Positions 54,998-60,906 of a stretch of DNA of 60,906 bases are shown piece after piece. The stretch's first letter is position 1. Every line of letters starts with the position of its first letter. The notes beneath the pieces are model-generated. The model searched no databases. It had not been told where the DNA came from and worked only from the letters and a program-made list of their open reading frames with translations. A program made the translations under genes and the position numbers. Origin of the DNA: a virus (lineage: Duplodnaviria; Caudoviricetes); the IMG/VR virus record IMGVR_UViG_3300036766_000064, positions 1 to 60,906 of that record; one strand, given 5' to 3'.

Positions 54998-55641
54998 CCC
55001 ATCTATTCGTAGATATTGAAACCCTCCCGGACCTTCGTGATGGTGCGAAGGATCGGGCCCGCGCCATCCTCAAAGCCCCGGCGAACTACAGCAAGCCGGA
55101 AACGATTGAGAAGTGGAAGGACGAGAACGCCGAAGAATCCTGGCGCAAGACCGGGCTGGATGGTGGGTACGGCTCGATCTGCGTGATCGGGTTCGCGATC
55201 GACAAGGATCCCGTGGTAACCATCATCAACGAGGCCGACGAACACAACCTGCTCACGAATTTCCATGCCGCTCTGCAAGTCGAAGCGAACCGCAGGAACA
55301 TCGTATGGAGTCAGTGGGAATGGATCGGTCACAACGTCATTGGCTTCGATCTGCCGTTTTTATGGAAACGCTGCGTGGTGAATAACCTCCCACACAATTT
55401 TCCAAAGGACTCGCGTCATGGGTCTGGACGAGTCTACGACACCATGCAGGCGTGGTCCGGGTGGAAAGACAGGATCAGCCTGCGTCAGCTTGCCGACATT
55501 CTCGGTTTTGCGCATCACAAGGACGACATGGACGGAAGCCAGGTGTACGACACATGGGCGGCCGGGGACCACGCAAAGGTCGCCGACTACTGCGCCAAGG
55601 ACGTTGAATTGACGCGCCAGATTTTTAAACGATTGACCTGA
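54994..55641 (+). CDS. 3'-5' exonuclease (DEDDy, PolB-exo-like)
   Basis: DIET, GHNVIGFDLPF, YCAKDV. Confidence 0.88.
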   Translation: MTHLFVDIETLPDLRDGAKDRARAILKAPANYSKPETIEKWKDENAEESWRKTGLDGGYGSICVIGFAIDKDPVVTIINEADEHNLLTNFHAALQVEANRRNIVWSQWEWIGHNVIGFDLPFLWKRCVVNNLPHNFPKDSRHGSGRVYDTMQAWSGWKDRISLRQLADILGFAHHKDDMDGSQVYDTWAAGDHAKVADYCAKDVELTRQIFKRLT

Positions 55642-55645
55642 CGAC

Positions 55646-55930
55646 ATGGATGACCAGATCTACGCCGAACGCGCCGAGGCCGAACTTTCCGACCTCAAGC
55701 ACGACATTGCTCGCGCCGCGCAGACGGCCAGTGAACTGGCCACTGAGCTTGCGCGGTACAGAAACGCGATCAAAAAAGCGGTGGAGCATCACGAAGCGGA
55801 GGGGCGAGCGTTTCGGGTGTGCGCTGGATTGTCTATGACGCCGACAGAGCGCGAGCAACACGAGAAACGCGCCGACTACCACGCCACCCGAGCCGCCGAA
55901 CTGCGGAAACTTTTACCGGAAGGGGAATGA
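55646..55930 (+). CDS. Hypothetical coiled-coil protein
   Basis: 94 aa, in operon. Confidence 0.55.
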   Translation: MDDQIYAERAEAELSDLKHDIARAAQTASELATELARYRNAIKKAVEHHEAEGRAFRVCAGLSMTPTEREQHEKRADYHATRAAELRKLLPEGE

Positions 55931-56103
55931 AGATGAACGATTTTGAATGTGGGGTTGGTATGGGGGTATTATTTATTGCTTTGCTGATTTCAATATTTTC
56001 ACTAGGGAACTATATGGCCGATGCCGCGGTGAAACAGGGGTGTGAGGACTTCGGTAAGATCAAGATCGGCAAGACGTTCATCGAATGCAAGGTGCTGAAA
56101 TGA
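55927..56103 (+). CDS. Small TM protein
   Basis: Start MKMND (ATGA); one TM then two Cys. Confidence 0.55.
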   Translation: MKMNDFECGVGMGVLFIALLISIFSLGNYMADAAVKQGCEDFGKIKIGKTFIECKVLK

Positions 56104-56540
56104 CCACCCACACCGACACCGAACTCGACGGGCTGATTGCGTCCATGCTGAACGCCTCGCATTGCATCGTGGAGGATGGCGCGATGCGGGTTCATCCTGC
56201 TCGCAAGGTGAAACTTGCTGACATTGAGAAACTCGCCACCGCCCTGCGCCAGTTGCGGGAGGAGAATGCGAGGTTGCTGTATTGGTTGGATAACAATACG
56301 ACGTTCTTCGACACAATCGCGCCAGTAATTGAAGGGCCGAATGTTCCTGTCCTTGCCGCCGTATGCAGGCGCATTTGGTATCACGCGACTGACGATCAAT
56401 CATCCTATCCGTTCAGCGCGGTAATAGCCCTCGCCAAGCCGGATCGCAGGGTGGCGCAGAGGCGCGTTGTACGGACTCTAAGAATAGGTTTTCGAGACGA
56501 GCGCAATGCTGACCGACGCAAACAGGAGGGATCGAAATGA
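56100..56540 (+). CDS. Hypothetical mosaic early protein
   Basis: ATGA-coupled; C-terminal DRR repeats. Confidence 0.55.
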   Translation: MTTHTDTELDGLIASMLNASHCIVEDGAMRVHPARKVKLADIEKLATALRQLREENARLLYWLDNNTTFFDTIAPVIEGPNVPVLAAVCRRIWYHATDDQSSYPFSAVIALAKPDRRVAQRRVVRTLRIGFRDERNADRRKQEGSK

Positions 56541-57448
56541 CCGAATCAAGAGAGATTGCGTTGCTGCGGAGGTTGGTGGGGTGGCGGGTACAGATAATTG
56601 CCGATGTGGCGTCAACAGAAGCATTCAACGAAATATGCAACGACGCTCGCCAATGCCTCGCAGCGCACGACGCGAAGAATGCCGCAGCACAGGGTAACGA
56701 AGTATCTGAAAGGGATCGTGGGCAACTCGCGCGTTCGGCTAACAAGCCGCCGCTGAGTCCCACCACAGACCGGACGGAATCTCCTGTGTCTGCGGCACCT
56801 GTTGAGCGGAGGACAGCACAACGGCGCGAGGAAGAGGAAGTACTATTCGTTTACGACGCTCGTTCCTGCATTGACCGTCGCAAACGGAACACTGTGTCTG
56901 CGGCACCTGATACTCCTACGCCTGTGGCTACTGCTACAACAATGGACGTGATGGTGCAGCGTTTTCTAGGCTGGCCTGTGCCGTTCAGCGTATGCGCCGA
57001 CCTGTGCGCAACACGACAGGAGAAAGGTCGCAGCGGCACGAACCTGTTGAGCGCAATAGAGGCGCGAGAAATGCTGACATATGTAACCGACGCGAAGGTT
57101 ACCACCCCTGCTACTCCTGCACCTGCGGCGGTTGTGCCGAGGGCTGTCTGTGGTCTGCACGAATGGTATCAAGGTTCATGTGCTCACTGTCATATTACAC
57201 CGGAGGAATACAAAGCCATGCTCGCCGCCGCCCCTCCCACCGATGCGCGGGATGCGGAGAGGTATCGGTGGCTGCGGGAAAGATACTCTGCCGCAGATAT
57301 GGCGTTCAAAGATTTTGGTGAAGGCCAAGTTGCTAGACCAGTGGCAATCTTTTCGGTCGAAAATCCGTGGCCGTTCTCATTTGACTATGAGGAAGCCAAG
57401 ATATTGCTAGACGCTGCTATCGACGCCGCCATGAAAGGGAAGAAATGA
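56537..57448 (+). CDS. Mosaic early protein (DAERYRWLR...AIDAAM)
   Basis: Patchwork of short motifs common in proteobacterial phage early genes. Confidence 0.65.
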   Translation: MTESREIALLRRLVGWRVQIIADVASTEAFNEICNDARQCLAAHDAKNAAAQGNEVSERDRGQLARSANKPPLSPTTDRTESPVSAAPVERRTAQRREEEEVLFVYDARSCIDRRKRNTVSAAPDTPTPVATATTMDVMVQRFLGWPVPFSVCADLCATRQEKGRSGTNLLSAIEAREMLTYVTDAKVTTPATPAPAAVVPRAVCGLHEWYQGSCAHCHITPEEYKAMLAAAPPTDARDAERYRWLRERYSAADMAFKDFGEGQVARPVAIFSVENPWPFSFDYEEAKILLDAAIDAAMKGKK

Positions 57449-57744
57449 AAACTGACCAACAGTTGCGTGATATTGATAACGCGGGGCAGCAAATGAAACC
57501 GCACGACTATCCGTTCGCCGCAGGTCGTCGCGCCCTCTACAACGCAGGCAGCGCGGACAGCGAACGGGCAGGGTATCTGCGCGGGTTGGAGGCGGCGAAG
57601 ATCGAATGTAGCAAGTTCGTACTGGCACATAAACATTCAGGTTCGGCCATAAGCCAAGTGGCGGTAACAATGTGCATTGAATCTATCCAACGTATCATCG
57701 ACGCGGAGAAGCCACCAGCGAGTCAGGAGGGGGGAAGGGGATGA
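57445..57744 (+). CDS. Hypothetical protein (chimera of 58292 and 58537 ORFs)
   Basis: Shares RALYNAG and IDAEKPPASQE segments at DNA level. Confidence 0.6.
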   Translation: MKTDQQLRDIDNAGQQMKPHDYPFAAGRRALYNAGSADSERAGYLRGLEAAKIECSKFVLAHKHSGSAISQVAVTMCIESIQRIIDAEKPPASQEGGRG

Positions 57745-58304
57745 GGGTCTTGGTGGCCTGCGAGTTTTCCGGCATTGTGCGCGATGCGTTTGCTGTGCGT
57801 GGACACGATGCCTGGTCGTGCGACTTGCTGCCGAGTGAGAGGCCGGGACAGCATATTCAAGGTGATGCGATTGAAGCGATGCGGTCGCGGGAATGGGATT
57901 TGATGATAGCGCACCCGCCATGTACGCACCTTTCGGTAAGTGGTGCGCGCTGGTTCAAACACAAACAACGCGAGCAGGCCGCCGCCCTTGCGTTTGTTGT
58001 GTTGTTATTGGACGCGCCAATTAAAAAACTCGCCCTTGAGAATCCGGTGAGCATCATTTCAAGCAGAATCCGTAAGCCGGATCAAATCATCCAGCCGTGG
58101 CAATTCGGGCATGGCGAAACGAAGGCAACCTGTCTGTGGCTCAAGAGGTTGCCGAAGTTAGTGCCGACAAACATCGTCAATGGGCGCGAAGCAAGAGTCC
58201 ACAGGATGCCACCTGGACCGAATCGCTGGCGCGAACGCAGTCGCACATTTCAAGGCATAGCCGACGCAATGGCAGATCAATGGGGTGCGCCATGCCCCCG
58301 CTAA
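57741..58304 (+). CDS. Short C5-cytosine methyltransferase-like protein
   Basis: VLVACEFSG, AHPPC (catalytic PC), ENP, RSRTF. Confidence 0.8.
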   Translation: MRVLVACEFSGIVRDAFAVRGHDAWSCDLLPSERPGQHIQGDAIEAMRSREWDLMIAHPPCTHLSVSGARWFKHKQREQAAALAFVVLLLDAPIKKLALENPVSIISSRIRKPDQIIQPWQFGHGETKATCLWLKRLPKLVPTNIVNGREARVHRMPPGPNRWRERSRTFQGIADAMADQWGAPCPR

Positions 58305-58540
58305 CCATGACCGAGTTGCGGGACATCCGCTTGAATGCGGCAATGAAATCGCCAGAAGCCAACAATGCTTACGGAGATCGCGCCCTCTACAACGCAGGCC
58401 GCAAGGACGCATTCGAGGAGGCGAAGTTGCAGAAGCCGCATCTTAGAAATCCAAGTGGCGAGTTTGCAAAAGGATATGCGGGTGGCGTGTTTGACTTCAC
58501 AGAGCGCATACAAGCGCTCATCGACGCGGGGAAGTCGTGA
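58292..58540 (+). CDS. Hypothetical protein
   Basis: Start MPPLTMTELR. Confidence 0.5.
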   Translation: MPPLTMTELRDIRLNAAMKSPEANNAYGDRALYNAGRKDAFEEAKLQKPHLRNPSGEFAKGYAGGVFDFTERIQALIDAGKS

Positions 58541-58719
58541 TGTGGTATCTTCTACAGTTGTACGACGCTGGCTATGCTCGTGGCGACAAGGACGGGTATC
58601 GCAGAGGGTTGGAGGCGGCGCTATCGCATTGCGATGCCGACTCTTACGAGTTCGACGCCATCCAACGCCTCATCGACGCGGAGAAGCCACCAGCGAGTCA
58701 GGAAAGGGGAAGGGGATGA
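58537..58719 (+). CDS. Hypothetical protein
   Basis: GTGA/ATGA-coupled. Confidence 0.5.
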   Translation: MMWYLLQLYDAGYARGDKDGYRRGLEAALSHCDADSYEFDAIQRLIDAEKPPASQERGRG

Positions 58720-59195
58720 GCGCCGTGTTGTCAAAAGACAGGAAGTATCGCTACCGGCTTACTCGTGATTTTGGCGTGGGCAATGGCGCATGCTGTTTCG
58801 TTATGCTGAATCCATCGACCGCCGACGAGCACGTTAATGATCCCACAATTCGCCGTTGTATAGACTTTGCCAAACGCTTCGGATGCGGAAGCCTAGAAGT
58901 CGTCAACCTGTTCGCGCTGCGCGCCACCGACCCGAAGGCATTGCGCATCGAAGGCGCGGGCGCAATAGGGCCGGACAACGATCAGCACATCGCCGAGGCG
59001 TGCAACGCTTCCCACATCATTGTGTGCGCATGGGGAAACCACGGCTCGTACCTTGACCGCGCAAAGGACGTGTTGGCCGTGATTCGAGCGCAACAAGGCG
59101 CATCGCCGCAGGCGCTCAAGATCAATCGCAGCACCGGTCAGCCTGCACACCCGTTGTACCTACCGGCTGCATCTAAATTGGTGCAGTTGCCATGA
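58716..59195 (+). CDS. DUF1643-family protein
   Basis: YRYRL, MLNPSTAD..DPTIRRC, NLFALRATDP, AWG, HPLY. Confidence 0.88.
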   Translation: MSAVLSKDRKYRYRLTRDFGVGNGACCFVMLNPSTADEHVNDPTIRRCIDFAKRFGCGSLEVVNLFALRATDPKALRIEGAGAIGPDNDQHIAEACNASHIIVCAWGNHGSYLDRAKDVLAVIRAQQGASPQALKINRSTGQPAHPLYLPAASKLVQLP

Positions 59196-59365
59196 CCCCG
59201 CTAACCCTCCCCGAGTTGCGACGACAGTTTGAGCATGGCAGCGGTATGTCGGCATCGTTATTCTTGCGGATCAAACATTCGGCGTCCTACGAATACCGCG
59301 AAGTACAACTGCGATGGGCTGGCTACCTAGCCTGCGCGCGGGCCAACGGGGTGCTGAAGAAGTGA
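59192..59365 (+). CDS. 57-aa hypothetical protein (not in ORF track)
   Basis: MTPLTLPELRRQFE...VQLRWAGYLACARANGVLKK*; ATGA/GTGA-coupled. Confidence 0.55.
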   Translation: MTPLTLPELRRQFEHGSGMSASLFLRIKHSASYEYREVQLRWAGYLACARANGVLKK

Positions 59366-60336
59366 ATGTACGCCTCACTCAGTTGGACGGAGCATTGCCG
59401 AATCTTGCGCTGATGAAGTTGTCGCATTGGTACAAGGCGCATGGCCACGAGGTTCACTTGACGCGCGAGATTCATCCTGACATTTGGGAGGGAGGCTACG
59501 AAACAGTTTATGGCTCCGCGATCTTCGGATTCAGTCAGGAACGATTGATGCGATTTCAGCGGCAATGGCCGCACGCAATAATCGGCGGGACAGGAACGCC
59601 GTTTGTGCAGACCGTCGAGGATTTGATCGGGGACTACGAGCATTACGATTACAGCGGTTATCCAGGCTTCACGGCCTCAATCGGATTCACGCAACGCGGG
59701 TGCCGACTCAAGTGCAAATTTTGCGTGGTTCCGACAAAGGAAGGAAAGAATCGCAGCGTCAACCGTATCGCCGCAATCTGGCGTGGCGTACCGCACCCGA
59801 AGAAATTACACCTGCTGGACAACGATTTTTTCGGTCAACCGGAATGGCTCGAGCGCGCGCAGGAAATCATCGACGGTGGTTTCAAGGTCTGTCTGACGCA
59901 AGGAATAAATGTTCGCCTCATCAACGACGAGAGTGCAACCGTGTTGGCGAGGATCGAATACCGCAACAGCAAATTCAATAAACGCAAGCTCTACACCGCT
60001 TGGGACAACCTGGGTGACGAGGCCGTGTTCTTCAAAGGCGTAGATTGCCTTGAACGTGCCGGTATCCCACCAACGCACCTAATGGCCTACATGCTGATTG
60101 GCTACGACAAAGCGGAAACGTGGGAGCGAATCTGGCACAGATTCAATCGAATAGTCGAGCGCGGAATCGAACCCTACCCGATGGTGTACGACAGGTCGCG
60201 CGCTGATCTTTTGTGCTTTCAACGATGGGTGATTACCGGCCTTTATCGCATCGTGCCGTGGAACGAATACGAGCGCAGCACAAAATCAATCGAGTCAATG
60301 GACGCCTACAACGGGGTGCTGAAGAAAGGGAAGTGA
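59362..60336 (+). CDS. Radical SAM enzyme
   Basis: RGCRLKCKFC (CxxxCxxC); PNLALMKLS N-terminal motif; LLDNDF. Confidence 0.9.
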   Translation: MNVRLTQLDGALPNLALMKLSHWYKAHGHEVHLTREIHPDIWEGGYETVYGSAIFGFSQERLMRFQRQWPHAIIGGTGTPFVQTVEDLIGDYEHYDYSGYPGFTASIGFTQRGCRLKCKFCVVPTKEGKNRSVNRIAAIWRGVPHPKKLHLLDNDFFGQPEWLERAQEIIDGGFKVCLTQGINVRLINDESATVLARIEYRNSKFNKRKLYTAWDNLGDEAVFFKGVDCLERAGIPPTHLMAYMLIGYDKAETWERIWHRFNRIVERGIEPYPMVYDRSRADLLCFQRWVITGLYRIVPWNEYERSTKSIESMDAYNGVLKKGK

Positions 60337-60337
60337 G

Positions 60338-60574
60338 ATGAAGGATGAAGGGTTCTGCTACGTCGCTGGCGATCCAACGCAACCTGGATCAGCATGGGCG
60401 GCAACGGTCGATTTGCCTGAATACGCGAAAGATACGGCGAAATGCGTTGCGCAATGGATCAAGAAGGGCGCGGTTATTGAACGTGTCCCGACGCAGACCG
60501 CTATTGACATGCTGAAGAAGTGGAAACGGCCTGCAAAGGCGTCTAGCAAGCAAACATCGCTGCTACCGGATTAG
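60338..60574 (+). CDS. Hypothetical protein
   Basis: 78 aa, in operon. Confidence 0.5.
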   Translation: MKDEGFCYVAGDPTQPGSAWAATVDLPEYAKDTAKCVAQWIKKGAVIERVPTQTAIDMLKKWKRPAKASSKQTSLLPD

Positions 60575-60583
60575 GAGACAATC

Positions 60584-60865
60584 GTGAGCGATACGCCTAC
60601 ACCGAGGACGGATGACCTGACCAACGCGGCAATGATCTTGGACGGAGCCACTTTGCTTGTTCGATATGACACATTAGCGAGACATGCCCGCCAACTCGAA
60701 CGCGAACTTGCGGAGGCTGTCGCGGCTTTGCTGTTAGTCAGTGGCGCAATCGACAGGCTGCATGAAATCGTGCGCGGTGACGTTCATTCCGAGGGCGAAA
60801 TAATCTTCGTCGTCAATAACGCACAGAACGCCGCCCGCGCAATACTCGCGCGCTACAAGGAGTAG
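60584..60865 (+). CDS. Hypothetical protein (TPRTD...ARQLEREL family)
   Basis: RBS AGGAG; its 3' part is the terminal repeat. Confidence 0.65.
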   Translation: MSDTPTPRTDDLTNAAMILDGATLLVRYDTLARHARQLERELAEAVAALLLVSGAIDRLHEIVRGDVHSEGEIIFVVNNAQNAARAILARYKE

Positions 60866-60866
60866 G
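60741..60866. repeat. Terminal direct repeat, copy 2
   Basis: Identical to 1-126; followed by 40 bp not found at the start. Confidence 0.97.
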
Positions 60867-60906
60867 TCATGTTCTGGATAATCGAATGCTTCGATGATGG
60901 CAGATG

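Noticed and set aside
1-60906. Stop-codon recoding, integrase/att site, dif site
   Set aside because: Core genes are intact in the standard code; no recombinase motifs; the tRNA has no duplicated 3' end; only weak dif resemblance near 50343.

Overview
This is an essentially complete (~60.7 kb, circularly closing) genome of a GC-rich tailed dsDNA phage with podovirus-type virion genes, probably infecting a Gram-negative proteobacterium (nested Rz/Rz1 spanins, Nin/RusA/Q-like genes). One long minus-strand arm (50348->1784) runs Cro-like regulator, replication, Nin/RusA, helicase plus methylases, Q-like gene, tRNA, lysis, terminase, portal, scaffold, capsid, tail, ejection proteins and a 3339-aa polyvalent protein. 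A plus-strand early arm (50501->60865, continuing 130->1787) is dense in small accessory genes. I found no integrase, CI repressor, DNA polymerase, reverse transcriptase, transposase or CRISPR array. The most notable unexplained structures are: (1) two transposase-less cassettes bounded by related IS1595-like terminal inverted repeats, each carrying one passenger gene (a DNA methylase with a perfect 8-bp target duplication, and a small conserved protein); (2) an early-region array of cargo genes bounded by interleaved direct repeats, with an alternative cargo gene visible at the contig end; (3) a c4-like antisense RNA plus a second structured element before the replication gene; (4) divergent promoters with no repressor between them; (5) a non-canonical initiator-like tRNA; (6) modifying enzymes (methyltransferase, glycosyltransferase) inside the virion operon; (7) a 43x12-bp combinatorial repeat gene with a His-rich partner. 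All family calls come from motif recognition by eye, not from database searches.
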